In this document: in pieces, positions 14,823 through 28,655 of the stretch
Layout: each line of letters opens with the position of its first letter
How positions within the stretch are numbered: the first letter of the stretch is position 1
Assembly: GCF_009914755.1 (NCBI RefSeq)
Contig: NC_060932.1
Length of the DNA: 64,000 nucleotides
Reading direction: 5' to 3' (one strand)
Source: the human T2T-CHM13v2.0 reference genome, Homo sapiens
The notes under the pieces: generated by a model
The model's input: only the letters and a program-made list of their open reading frames with translations
Told to the model about the DNA's origin: nothing
Database searches by the model: none
Made by a program: the position numbers and the translations under genes

Positions 14823-16062
14823 AGAAATCATCATGGTGCCTGCCCCCAAGAACCTTACAATCTGAAAGAGAAACAAACAACTTAATAGAAATTAGAATAC
14901 AATAAAATAATTATACAAAGTGCAGGGAGAGAGTCTTCCCTGGATGAAATCTGGGAGGGTTTTACACAAGTGGCAGTATTTGAGGTGAATCTCAATAGAT
15001 GAGACAGAATCTGCCCAATGGACCAGCACAGAGAATATCCTACACAAAGAAAATGTCTGCACAAAGAAAATACATGCACAGAGGCATGAAATAACGAAAT
15101 TGAGGATTCAATGCAATCCAAAATATTGATTATGGAAAGGAAGCAGCTGGGAGGTGGAAAGACCTGGAGAAGAGAGGTAGGGAAAACAGAGACCATGAAA
15201 GACCATGAAAAGGAGCTCAGGTTGTATTTCTGATAATGGAGGGCGCTGAAGAATTCTGAGCTGCGGCTGACAGGATGGAAGCTGTGTATTACAAAGGTCA
15301 ATCTTGAAATGACATGCAAGACAGCTTAGATGTGGTCAAAACTCAAGTCAGAGAAGTGGTCAGGAGGATGACCGCAAAGGTCCTTGTGAGCCACAGTAGG
15401 GCCCCACAAAGATGGCCCAATAAATTAGATAAGGACAGGGAGAGAGGAAGGATGACTGCATGACACCAGATGAAGGAAGAAATCTGGAACATGAGGAAGA
15501 AATGTGTGTGCGGAGCAGCTCAATGGCCCCCATTGTAGACTTGTTGATTGTGAAGGGCCTGAGGAACAATCAGGTGAAATGCCCCACCCAGTTGTGTCTG
15601 TGGGCTGCAAGATCAACAAAGAGCTGGCTGGGGGATTTATAGCCAGGAGATGAATTCATGGCATAAATGAGATGTTCCAACAAGACGGTGCAGAGTAAAA
15701 CAAAAGGGCCAAAACTACAACATTCGGATGAGTGCCAATGTTAATGGGGTATCATAAAAAGGTGAGTCCACAGAACAAGTTGAAAATGAACAGCCACAGA
15801 GGCCAGAGGAAATGTGGGAAACAAAAATGTCGGAAGCAGGAAAAACTTGGGCTTTGGATTCAGAAAGACTGGAGTTCAAATCCTCACTCCATCTTTTGTA
15901 GCCATGTAATCATGCAGGCTTCCTAAACTTTCTAACTCAGACTTCTTTGCCTCGTCATGGAGATGTCTTCCTTTTACCTTAGCCTTAGAATGAAGATTAC
16001 AGGCACTATCTATAAGTAGATACAGTATATAGTATTCGGTATATAATATAAATTGTAGTTAT

Positions 16063-16229
16063 TAATTAGCCAGGCAAGATGTTGGGTGCCTGTAATCCCA
16101 GCTACTTGGGAAGCTGAGGCAGGAGAATGGCTTGAACCCAGGAGGCAGAAGTTGCAGTGAGCCAAGATGTGCCATTGCACTCCAGACTGGGTAACAAGAG
16201 CAAGACACTGTTTCAAAAAAAAAAAAAAA
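16063..16229 (+). mobile_element. 5'-truncated Alu (right arm)
   Basis: Right arm plus A-tail; flanking repeat aaattgtagttatta. Confidence 0.9.
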
Positions 16230-16276
16230 TTGTAGTTATTACCATTACAACTGTGCCATAGAAAACCAAGGAGAGA

Positions 16277-16580
16277 GGACAGGCATGGGGCTCATGCCTG
16301 TAATCCCAGCACTTTGGGAGGCCGAGGCGGGCAGATCATTTGAGGTCAGGAGTTCGAGACCAGCCTGATCAACATGGAGAAACCCCGTCACTACTAAAAA
16401 CACAAAAATCAGTAGGGCTTGGTGGCATATGCCTGTAATCTCAGTTACTCCGGAGACTGAGGCAGGAGAATTATTGCTTGATCCCAAAAGGCAGAGGTTG
16501 CAGTGAGCTGAGACTGCATCACTGCACTCCAGCCTGGGTGACAGAGTGAGACTCCATCTCAAAAAAAAAGAAGAAAACCA
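16277..16580 (+). mobile_element. AluS
   Basis: Full dimer; TSD aaaccaaggagagag. Confidence 0.95.
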
Positions 16581-17640
16581 AGAAACCAAGGAGAGAGTTT
16601 CAAGGAGAAAATAGACAACAGTATCAAGTGCCTTAGAGAAGTCCAGTAAGAAAGACTGAAGTGAGACAATGTGTCACTGGACCTCTGACAAGAGCAATTT
16701 TAAGAGTGTCATGCAGGTAGAAACCAGACTGCGATGGGTTGAGTAGTCAGTCATGAGTCCCTAGAGTTTGAGAATCCAGTCAGCTCTTTCTAGAACTTTG
16801 CATATAAAAGGAAGAAGGGATATGGGTCTAGAATTAGACTGGGAACAAGGCAGGGTTGAGGTTTGGAGGGTTTTATCTGTTTGCTAGGATGCAGAGAGGA
16901 CTTAAACACATTTATATACTGAGGAAAATAAACTAAAAAGGGAATGAATGGTTGAATGTGGAGGGGAAATTTCAGCTAATGACAATGCAAGATCCTTGAG
17001 AAGTCAGGATAACATAGAATTAATAGCACAGATAATCAACTTAGCCCTGAATAGGGGGAGAGAAACTCCTTTCTCTGGGCTAGAACAGAGGATAAATCCG
17101 TGGGTGAGTAGTAGCTTTACAATGTTAGTTTTTCTGTTTTATTTTTCCATTATTCTGTAAACATAATGTAATACATATTGTAACAAAACAGTTGAAAAAC
17201 ACAGAAAAGTAGGAAGGAAAACAGAAAAGTAGGAAGGAACAAATATACACTGATTGCATTCTGGCATATTTCATTGCAGACGTTTTTCCTCCGAGAATTC
17301 ATAACATGCTGTAGATTCATTTTTTATACCTTTGATTTTTGTTGGTTTCTTTTCTGTATAATTGAAAACAAAACCACCTCTTAGAAGGAAGAGATATTGA
17401 GAATTTTAATTGTGGCCAAGGGTTGGAAAAACCGTGATGGGAAAGTGAAGTCGGCACTACTAAGAATATGTAATAGAGGGTAATATGGGTCCAGACAATA
17501 TTGGACACCAGAAGCTTGCAGCTGCATTCACTTGCACGGTTGCATGCTCCGGCATGTTCAACAACCCACAAAGAGAAGCAGAGGAAGACTGAGATTAACT
17601 TAAAGTCAGTTTTGCCTGGTAGCTAGTGTTCATCCTGTAA

Positions 17641-18066
<426 letters not shown>

Positions 18067-18479
18067 TGACATTTTCTGTTCCCAGCCCCAAGCTGGGCCC
18101 TAATTATCACAGCGACCTCTTACACCCAATAGGTCCCTGGAATCTCACCCAGAGCTCTAGGGTGAGATGAGCTGGAGAATAAAGTACCCTCCTCACCAAG
18201 AAAACGTATACATGCTATCAATGTGATTAATTTACCTTTAGAATGAAAACGTTTTATTCATAAAATTTCAATTTCAACTAAGCAATTATGGAGCCGCGGA
18301 TACTGTACTACAGCCTCAGGATAACAAATCTCCGTGCTGGTAGCTGAGTCATAATTAAACAGCAGCATAATTTATTTGATTATGCATCCTAATTAGCATT
18401 AGGCTCTCAAAAATAGAACACGTGTCATCAGTAAATATGAGGGCACACCAAACAGAGTGAAGACCCATGAAAATGTTCT

Positions 18480-19245
18480 TCGGCGCCCCCATCATCTGTA
18501 TCTCGCTGCACTATCAAAACAGAAAGGTCTGACCACTCATTTACGCGAATATGGACATTGCTTGGATCTCCGATCAGAGAAAGATCCGAAGTTTGCTTTG
18601 GGGAATTATACGCGTCTTGGGACGAGCAGCAGGGATGGGGTCGGACAGTTCAGAGCCTTCATACTGTCCCCCCCACTCAAAGCCCCTGGCTCCAGGTACA
18701 GCAGCTCTAGTAGTTCCGGGTGAGCTTATGGAGCGGCTGCGAGTCAGTTTCTCCACCCACCACCACGCGCCATCCAGGCCTCCCCGCCTGCCCACTCCCT
18801 ATTGGGGGTGGAAAAGATAAATAGAAAAGATGGGTTCTCCCGGCAGAAGTTACGGTCCTGCCGCTAGCCCTCTCTGAGCTCAAATTCACGTCCCTGGCTG
18901 GTGCCCTCTTTCCCTTCCCTCTGTCCCCAGGTCCCAAAGAGTCAGCTCGCCGCTCCGTTGCGCCTCTCACCACTGCGCACCTCACCTCTCTGCGCCTCTG
19001 CCCCGACCCTGCCGCGTTCCCAGCCTCGGAGGGACCCCCGAGTTCCTGCTCCAGCGCCCTCTAATGGCCAAGACCTGGGGAGCGCAGGAGAAAAGCAGGT
19101 GGGGAAAAGGCCATCAATGGATGGATACCCAAGGACACTTCCATATGTTCGGTGGGGAGGGCAAGGGGGGCAGAGCGTGGGAAGATGCACCAAGCCCAGG
19201 CACCCGAGGCCCGAGGTGCCAGCCGTAGAGGAGAGAACCCAACGC
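18480..19245. promoter_or_regulatory. Intragenic CpG-rich island-like region (candidate promoter/enhancer)
   Basis: About 40 CpGs counted by eye in about 770 bp of non-repeat GC-rich sequence, far above the flanking intron. GC-box-like ccccgcc near 18782. Confidence 0.75.
19052..19070 (-). promoter_or_regulatory. CTCF motif
   Basis: Reverse complement reads TGGCCATTAGAGGGCGCTG versus the canonical TGGCCACCAGGGGGCGCTA. Confidence 0.7.
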
Positions 19246-19269
19246 AATTCCATATGTTCAAGAGGCAGA

Positions 19270-19520
19270 TCCAGGTAAGAGTCTGGGCTATGTAGCCAGA
19301 TCCCCTAAGTTCAAATCTCAGCTCAGCCACTTACAAGCTGCATGTCTTCAGGCAAATTACTGAACATTTCCAGGCCTCGGATTTTCTCCTCTCTGAAATG
19401 TGGATTATAATAGTATATTCTTCATAGGATTGTTAGGATTAAATGAATTAAGACCTGTGAAAGGCTTCGAACAGTGTCTGACCAACAGCATACACTCAAT
19501 AAATGCTGGCCATCATCATC
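19270..19520 (+). mobile_element. MIR
   Basis: gttcaaatctcagctcagccacttacaagctg...caggcctcggattttctcctctctgaaatg...ggattgttaggattaaatga. Confidence 0.8.
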
Positions 19521-22500
19521 ATCATTTTAACAAGTATGAATTTCATTATCTGCCTAATATTATGAGTTTAAATTTGCACATATATATTGGAATTATAATT
19601 AGGCAAATTCCTATATGCTATTTAATCTATAGAATTGAATTTAAGCAATCTATTAGTGGCCCAACATAAACCTCTATGTGTTCTTTAAATATACAAACCT
19701 TTGATATTTACTTACTATGTGTTCTTAACACATAAAACTCTTAGATATTTAGCAGCATGTCTTTTATCTGAATCTAAAGAACTCACTGCAACATTAAGTG
19801 CTGACAATGCAGAAGATTCTGCTTTGCTCATAAAAGGTCTGGGAATATCCTGCTGCTTTCCAGCTGGAAATCTTTTATCTAGTCATTTATCCAAGCAAAT
19901 AGACATTAATTGTCCTACTTTCTTTCTTTCTCTGTCAAGCACTATTATGCCACAACATTCGATTTTGACGTTTTTATTCTGGACCCCAATTTTGTGGCTG
20001 CATGGAGCCAAAGGGTCTTTATGAAAAATTAATATTTATTTAATTACCAAATATAAAAGCTAATGACTGAATTTTTCCTCTTTCGCTCCAATTTTTGCCA
20101 ATTTGTATTGTAAATAGACACAGAAAATATACGGGAGCTTAAAGCATGATTTGGAGCACAGGAAAACCTGAACCAAAGGAGAGAACAAAATTAGGCAACC
20201 CATTCATTATCAAGAATGTATTATAGGTTCAGGGAGCTTCAATTGTGCTATTGTTGCTATTGTTAAGACAACAACAATGTGCTTTTATGGTACCCAGCGC
20301 TAGCCCCTCTCATCACACCTGTCACTCCTATTGTGTTTATTCTCTATCTTTCTGTTATCTTTCTTTAAGGTTCTTGTCTATATTTTCAGTATCCTCCTAT
20401 TTATTTAGCACTGACCAACGCCTAGTGTGTGTTTGGATGAAAGAACAAACATTCATTTTGAACTTATTATATAAAATCTTATATAACTTTGAATTTATTA
20501 TATAAAATCTTTAAGTGATTTGCTCATTAATTTCCATTTTCAATTATTCCTGGAACTAGGTTGTATCCCATTTTACAAATAGATAATCTAAGATCTAATT
20601 TGAGGTTAAAATAAATTGCTAAAATCAGTTTAAAACTGATAAGCACTAAATATCTAGATGGTGCCTGAAAAATCTCACTTTTACCAAGATTCTGAATTGA
20701 ACATTATTAGCAAAAGCTTAAACTGCCAAGCCACCAAAGGAAATGCAGAGTACGATATCAGTCTCTGAAACCTCTTATCTGTTGTGAAATTACAGTGGTA
20801 CAGAATATCCAACCATGGTGACTTAAATTAATAAAGACAGGCTCTTAGAATCTTAGACATTGTCATTTCTTTGCTCTAGTTTCACTGCCCTTTCTGTGTT
20901 TTCCATGTCCAAAGTTTTCTTAAGTTCTGTTGAAAATAAATGGCTTGCAAACATGAGACTATCAATAATTAAGGAATATCATTGTAAGCCATCATGACAT
21001 GTGGATTCTGCTGTTGCCTGGCTGGGCACATGGGACGGACAAGAAAGCAGAATGAGTACCTAGAAAAGAAGAAAGTACCATTTATTCACTCATTCATTCT
21101 CTCTCTCTCTCCCTCCCTCCTCCCTTTTTTGTGTGTGTGCAAGTGCACACCCACACACCCACAAACAACTGCATACACACACAGATGTTGATTACATGCC
21201 AGGTACTGTGATAACTGATCTAAATACAGTATCTCATTTAATTCTCAAATGTTACAGATTTTTATGCTCTGAACCCAAAGTGTGTCTTACAATCAATAGT
21301 ATGCAAGCCTTATGTCATAATCTAATTAGAAGCATTTTTCTTTCATAATAACTCAAAATCATGGTGCATCTTGCCAGCAAAAGTGTGACAGATTGGAAGG
21401 AATACAGCATTCTCTCCACATCACAGAGGAAGAAACACCTAAAGAGTTCTAGAGCAAGGAAACTGACTCAAGGTTATTTCACTTTTCTAAAGCCTAAGCT
21501 TCTAACCCGATGATTCAAAAGACATCTTTTCCTCTTGCTCAGAATAAATAATTTTACCCTTTTGAGCTTCCATTTTCTCTTGCAAACATTTTCTTGTAGG
21601 AAATAAGTATCAACTACTGTCAGAAGCAAACTACTAAAAAGATTATTTAAAAAACCCAAACCTTGAAGCTAGCAAATTTTAACTGATCTGAGAAGAGACA
21701 GCGCGATAAGTATACATTCTCACAAACTATAAATGACTCCACAAAGTTTAAAAGCACAGTATATCTCTTTCTCTTTCATATATCTCAATCTTACTGTTGT
21801 AAAAAATTTCAGCAATCCCTTCATAAACAATGAACAAGATGTATCATTAGAATTAATTTAAGGTACCTTTTTCTTTGAACTCAGTGGCTGTTTAAGGCAG
21901 AGAACAAACTTTTTCTCTAAAGCCATAATATTTCACAGCATAGCTTCAAGCCAAAACTTAAAGGAGGGGTAGCAAATCCCTATTTGGACTTAGGATTAGG
22001 AAAGGCAGCCTGCATGCGTTGAGCATTTGTTGCAGTCAAAGCTGCCAGTACCTGAAGAAGCCTTTAGGCAGAGTAGAAGAACTTACAGTAAGTTCTTTTA
22101 GGAGTTCTCTTGAGGCAGATAAGCTGGGGGGATAGCTCGCCTGGCTCAAAGCTGCTGCACCCCAGCTGTCTCAAGTTTTGCCCCTCTATAACTTCAGTTA
22201 GAGGAGACAGAAGTAGACTTCATCAGCCTCAGTTTCCTCTGTCAGGTTCCCCGTGACAATCATAGTGTGGCTCCCATGGGACCACTTACAGCTAACCAAA
22301 AGAGAATGTCCTTGAATTTCTAGCGTAGCCTTGCTGAAATTTTTAGTAAAGGCTTTCAAAGGAATTACACACTTCTAAAAACCTTAGCCTCAATGACTTC
22401 AACAGGGAGATATTTATATAAAGCCCATATTTAACTCCTCTTAGGCCAGACGGATCTCATTCACTCATAATAACACTTTCTTCAACTCTTTACCAACACA

Positions 22501-23451
22501 GGGAGACACTGTGCAGTAGGAGAGAAATATGAGAACCCCAATCTCAGGATTCAAGGTCTGGGGATCACTGAAGGAAAGGTAATAAAAAGGAACATTCAAC
22601 AGTGAAAACAACCATGCTTTTCATTTCAGGTTTCTGTAAAGCTCTGGCTGAAATAATGCATAAAAGAGAATGCTGAGCTGTTTTATGAAAGGGATTCAAA
22701 AATCAAATCAAATTAATATTTCATCTTTGATGGCTTACAAACCTAAAAGAATTTTCTGCATCCACGCGATAAACCCACAGAGGGCAAAAACCACTTGAAA
22801 CGATGAAATGCAAAAATCACAGTATTTACTTCCGTTTTCCCTAGTGCTGGGAAACTGAAGGTGAAAACCGCTAAGCAAACTACTGGAAAGGTGGGTAGGG
22901 AGCCTTTGCAGAGGAAATTTCACAGGAGAATAAGAGCACCTTATTAACTTTTTCAGCTATCAAAATAAGCCTCAAACGACGTTGGTATCAATTTTCTGTA
23001 CTGGGTTTCCATTCATACAAGTAAAGCCCACAGATGTGGCCCATGCCAAGTACAAAACCCTCTTTGGAGGTCCTCTGGGCAAGATCCATTTTCTGTCAGC
23101 AACTTTCAACTTCTCCTCTGTCCATTGTTGTCCAAATCCAGCAGTCCTCGGAGCTTTTCCATCGAGACAGTTCATCGTCATGACGCCCACTAATAGCAGA
23201 ACTGCAAAACCCTGACAAAGCTACCCTTCCCCTAGGAGAAGTAAGCAGATTTTTCAAACTCTGTATATGGAAAAAAAATTGAGACAAAAGTCTGCACATC
23301 TGAACTATACCTATTAGAGTGCCCTTGCCCCACTAAGGCCAGGTGGAAATTTTGCTCTTGAGAAACCATATTAATTCTGCCGAGTGAATAGGGAAGACCA
23401 GAGCAGACATTTCATAAATATAGTCACATCACTAATTAGACATATTGTGTT

Positions 23452-26200
23452 TCTTTTTTTTAATTGACAGCTTCTCTGAGCTATAATTCACATACTACAC
23501 AATTTGCCTACTTAAAGTGTACAGTTTAATGTTTTTAGTATATTCACAGAAACATGCAATCATCACTAAAATTTTAGAACATTTTCATCGCCCTAAAAAG
23601 AAACACCACACCCATTAGCTATCACACCCAGCCCTCCCTTGCCCCGCACTGCTCCAGCCCGAGACAATCACCACCTAATTTCTACCTCCATAAGTGTGCC
23701 TGTTTGAGACCTTTCATATAAATGGAGTCATACAATATGTGTGCCTGGCTTCTGTCACTTAGTATGTTTTCAAGGTTCCTCTGTGTTAAAGCATGTGTGA
23801 GTTCTTCATTCCTATTTATGACCAAATAACATTTCATTGCATTTCTAGATCACATTTTATTAATAATATTTACCCATGCATTGGTGGATGGACATTTGGG
23901 TTGTTTCTACTTTTTGGTTATTATGAATAATGCTGCTATGAACATTCATGTACAAGTTTTGTGTGAGCATATGTTTTTGTTTCTCTTGGATACATGCCTA
24001 GAAATGGAATTACTGGATCATATGTTAACTCTGTGTTTGAGGAAGTACCAAACTGTTTTCCAAAGTGGCTGCACCATTTCACATTCTCAGCAGCAGTGTA
24101 AGGATTCCAATTTCTACACATCTTCACCAACTCTTGTTATTATCACAGATAATAGTTGATTTTAGCCATCTGAGTGTGAGGTGGTACCTCATTGTGGTTT
24201 TGATTTGCATATCCGTGATAACTAACAAGGTTGAGCATCTTTCCATGTGCTTATTGTTGGACATTGGTACATCTTTTTTGGAGAAATGTCTACTTAGATA
24301 CTTTGCCCATTTTAATTGGCTTATTTTTCTTTTTATTATTGAGTTGTAAGAGTTCTTTATGTGTTCTAGATATAACTGCCTTAGCAGATATATGATTTGC
24401 AAATATTTTCTCCCATTCTGCAAGCTGTGTTTTTCCTTTTTTTTTTTTTTTAAGACAGGGCCTTGCTCTGTCACCCAGGCTGGAGTACAGTGGCACAGCC
24501 ATGGCTCACTGTAGTCGCAATCTCCCAGGTCCAAGCAATTCTCCCTCCTCAGCCTCCCAAATAGCTGGGACTACAGGCACACGCCACCACCCCCAGCTAA
24601 TTTTTGTATTTTTTATGGAGATGAGGTATCCCTGTGTTGCCCAGGCTGCTCTCAAACTCCTGGGCTCAAGCAACCCTCCTGTCTTGGCCTCCCAATGTTG
24701 GAATTACAGATATGAGCCACCATGCCTGGCCCATTTTTACTTTTTTGATGGTGTCCTTTGATGAACAATAGTTTTACATTTTGACGAACTCCAACTCATC
24801 TATTTTTTCTTTGGTTATGTTGTCTAATACAAGGTCACAAAGAGTTATGCCTATGTTTATTTCTGAGAGTATTATAATTTAAGCTCTTACATTAAGGCTT
24901 TCGATTTATTTTCAGTTGCTTTTTGTATGTGGTATGAGGTAGGGGGTCCAACTTCATTCTTTTGCATGCGGCTATTCAGTTGTCCCAGCACCATTTGTTG
25001 AAAATACTATTTGTTCCTCATTGAATAGCCTTGGCACTCTTGTCAAAAATCAGTTGACAATAAATATATAAGGTTATTTCTGGGGTCTCTACCCTATTTT
25101 ACTGATGTTTTTGTCTGCTTTAATCCCACACCACACTGTCTTGATTACTGTTACTTTTCAGTAAGTTTTGAAATTAGGAATTATGAGTCCTCCAACTTTG
25201 TTCTTTGTCAAGATTGTTTTGGCTATACTCAGTACCTTACATTTCTATCTGAATTTTAGAAGCAGCTTGCCAATTTTTGCAAAGAAGCCAGTTGGAATTT
25301 TGATGAGGATTGTATTGAATCTGCAGATAGATCAATTTAGGAAATATTGACATCCTAATAATATTAAGTCTTCCAATCCATGAACATGCAATGTCTTTTC
25401 ATTTATTTACATTTTCTTTAATTTTTTAACATTTAATTTTTTAATTGATAAATAAAAACTGTATACATTTATCAGGTACAGCATGTCATTTTGAAATGAG
25501 GATACATTGTGGACAGCTACATTGAGCTAATTAAAATATACATAACTTCACATACTTATCTTTTTTGTAGTGAGAACACACAAAATCTACTCTTAATTTT
25601 CAGGAATGCACTGCATTGTTATTAACTATAGTCACCATGTTGTACAGTAGATCTTTTGAATTTATTCCTCCTACATAACTGAAATTTTGTGTCTTGTGAC
25701 CAACATTTTCTTTTACTTTTAAGCAATGTTTTGTGGTTTTCAGAATATAAGTTTTACATTTCTTTTGTTAAATCTGCTCCTAAATAACTCATTCTTTTGA
25801 TGCTAATGTAAATGAAATTGTTTCCTTAATTTGATTTTTGATTCATTGCTAGTGTATAGAAATACAATAGATTTTTGTATATTGATCTTGTAAGATCTTG
25901 CAACCTTGTTGAACATATTTATTAGTTCTAATAGTTTTTATAATTGATTCCTTAAGATTTTCTCCATAGAAGATCACATAATCTGTAAATATAAATAGCT
26001 TTACTTCCTCCTTTCCTATCTGAATGCCTTTTATTTCATTTTCTTCCTTAACTTCCCTGGGCATAATCTCCAGTGTAACAAAGAATAAAAGTAGCAAGAG
26101 CAGACATCCTTTCCTTGTTCTGATCTTAGGGAGAAACAATCCAGTCTGTCACCATTAAGTATGATGTTAGCTGTGGGTTTTCCATAGATGCCCCTTATCA
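23452..26200 (-). mobile_element. L1MB-type LINE-1, about 2.7 kb, with nested AluJ and a second L1 3' end (about 25425-25710)
   Basis: Frameshifted ORF2 peptides (EIKGIQIGKEEVKLFIFTD; EWEKIFANHIS; QIKTTMRYHLT) and a 3'UTR at the left end. Confidence 0.9.
24437..24731 (-). mobile_element. AluJ nested in L1
   Basis: T-tract then agacagggccttgctctgtcacccaggc...ctcctgggctcaagc. Confidence 0.93.
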
Positions 26201-26344
26201 CATTGTGTTTTTAATCTTCAATTACTTAAATGGTAGTTGAGCTAAAATTCATAAATTCATTTTTGGGTTATTGACAAACATGTTTTTTAAAACAACTTTC
26301 AGAAAACTTACAAAAATATGTAATTTTTAAAGTATATATTTAAT

Positions 26345-26670
26345 TTAACGGAAAACATTATTGAGCATCCACTCTGTGCCAAGGCCTGTTCTAAACTCTG
26401 GAGACATGTAGGGAATAAAAGTAACTAAAATTCCTGCCCAGATTGAGTTTACAATCTAACGTGGGAAACAGACAAACCAATAATTAAGCAAATTGTACAG
26501 AATGTTAGAAGGTAAAAAATACTACAGAGAAAAATGCTCAGCGGAGAAAGGAAAATGAGGAGTAGGGAGAGGAGTTCCATTTTTAACTGAGGGATCCTGG
26601 ATAAAGTCTCATTGACAAGGGGCCATTTGAGCAAAAACCTGAAGGAGCAACGTGAACACAGCATTAGGGG
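26345..26670 (-). mobile_element. L2 3' fragment
   Basis: ttattgagcatccactctgtgccaaggcctgttctaaactctgggagac...gagtttacaatcta. Confidence 0.7.
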
Positions 26671-27109
26671 GATTAAATGATACTCCAGTTGTACACTGTC
26701 CCCATCTATTCAGTAAAGAAAGTTTACCAGGAGTCCAGGATAATAAAAATCAAAACATTTTGTAACAAGAAGAAACTTCAAAAATTAATCAGTTCACCTT
26801 GCTCTCTGAATAAGATAGCTTAAGCCAGAAAAAAATAACCACTTTGGACAAGACAGTGACAGACGGGTTGAAAATCTTAACCAGTATGCTAAATACTGCA
26901 CTTTTAACCTGAAGATTTTGTTTGTTTGTTTCAAAAGACATGCACAATTCCACCAGATAATGAAATCCACAAAATAAGTTTTACAAGCGCAAACATACTC
27001 TAGGAATCTAATGGTCGGAGCATCTGTGGAGAACATCAACCCTACTGTCTATGAGAACTTAGGTTTCAAAAATCCATTAATTAATCAACCTTATAGAAAC
27101 TAGTCATTG

Positions 27110-27638
27110 TGAAGTAGGAAGTTAAGAAAATAACAGAATAATAGCATAAGTAATAATAGTAAAGATTAAAGTAATAGTAAGACAAATAACAATAGCTCAT
27201 AGAATGAATTGCTGTATTAACCAAGGCTAAAAAGAATTTAAGTAGCCCCCCCGAAGTTAAAATTGGAAGAGAATATTAACTGTCTCTCCCAAGAAACATT
27301 AACCATATCTACCCTCCTCATATTTTGTAGGCTCTGTAAACTCCTGTTCGTTTCTTCCCTGCACAGCTGCAAGATCACAAGACAGAGACGCATAACCTGC
27401 AAACCAAGTTTTCCCAGACATGTAAGACATGTTGCAAAAGTGTCACAGCAGCCTTTGTTCTCGCTTCTGTAAGCCTGCTTCCTGCTTCACGTAGTGCCCG
27501 CCTCAAAGTGCTTAAACTCGTTTTATTTGTTCTAGGCTCAGACTCTCAAGACACATGTCCGCTGAGCCGGTGTACACATTAAATAAACACTTTCTTGCAC
27601 TCCGTTCAGTCTCTCCAATTCCTTAATTTCCCGCAACA
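27110..27638 (+). mobile_element. Solo LTR, probably ERV1 class (subfamily not determined)
   Basis: TG...CA termini (TGAAGTAGG...CCCGCAACA); 4-bp TSD attg/attg; AATAAA at about 27582. Confidence 0.75.
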
Positions 27639-28456
27639 ATTGGGTAGAAATTACTAGAAAGGAAACAGATGACATGGTTCCTGTGTGCCTACAAAAATTT
27701 AAATTTTATTAGACCCATCTCTAAATCTTTCAGCAAATCATCTAATCTTCTCCCCTTATTGCTCAGACCTTATTTATTCTTGGTTTTTAATAACAAAATC
27801 ACATATTTTCAGATAAAACTTCTCTTTGGAAGACAACAATATAACTTGAAAAGCTATAAGAAGTAAATGCAATAAATATTTAAAATTTAACCCCAAAGAT
27901 ACATGTGAACCAGCAAAGGAAGAAAATACAATGTAGCAAGTGCGAATGTAATGTACCTCCCACTGACAACCACGGGCTTCTTTAATGGCGTGATGGTTCC
28001 TGGTTCACCAACGACCCCAGATATTATACTAGGAAGTCTTCACCAGGACCAAAGGTAGCCCTGAATCTTTTCACATTTTTATTTTCACCAAAATGAAGAC
28101 TATGCAAGGCACATGCCAAATAAAGTGTTAATATTTCTGTACTCAAAGTTGCAGGAGAGTAGCTAACATCTTAGATAATTAGATGGGAACTGAGAGTGGC
28201 CATATAAAATCAGGAAGTGGACAGAACAAAAACAGGACAATTTAATAGGCACAACTCAAGTTTCAACCCATTGGAACAAGAGAAAACGTCATGTTTTAGT
28301 ATTTACTAACATTTTAAAATATATTACTACCTCATGAAATAAAGTGTTTGGGCTTTTTATTTGTTTGTGTGTTATCACAAAATCATAGAATTTGGAAGGG
28401 CGCTAGAGCAGAGATTGCTACTTACTCTCCAATGACTACTCTTTTTTTTCCTAAAG

Positions 28457-28655
28457 CAAGAGTTGACAAGTTTTTCTATTAAGGGCTAGATAGTAAATAT
28501 TTTCTAATTTGTGAGCCAGACAGTGTCTATTACACTAGTCACCTCTGTTGTTGTAGTGTAATGGACATGTGTAAACAAATGGGTGTGATTGGGTTCCAAT
28601 AAAGTTTTATTTACAAAAACAGGAAGCAGGCTAACTTTGGCCCAAGATCCCTATT
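28457..28655. mobile_element. MER58A (hAT-Charlie MITE) nested in an MLT1 LTR (about 28405-29030)
   Basis: aagggctagatagtaaatattt...ccaataaagttttatttacaaaaacagg; flanks carry the MLT1 motif actacatttcccagcctcccttgcaactaggtgtggccatgtg. Confidence 0.75.

Noticed and set aside
18457-19330. Many overlapping ORFs on both strands
   Set aside because: Expected from stop-codon scarcity in GC-rich DNA; the peptides are Pro/Arg/Gly-rich with no domain.
22972-23215. Overlapping 67-77 aa ORFs in unique sequence as a cryptic SLCO5A1 exon or pseudogene
   Set aside because: Candidate minus-strand acceptors (23212-13 and 23202-03) have poor pyrimidine tracts, and the peptides resemble no family I recognise.
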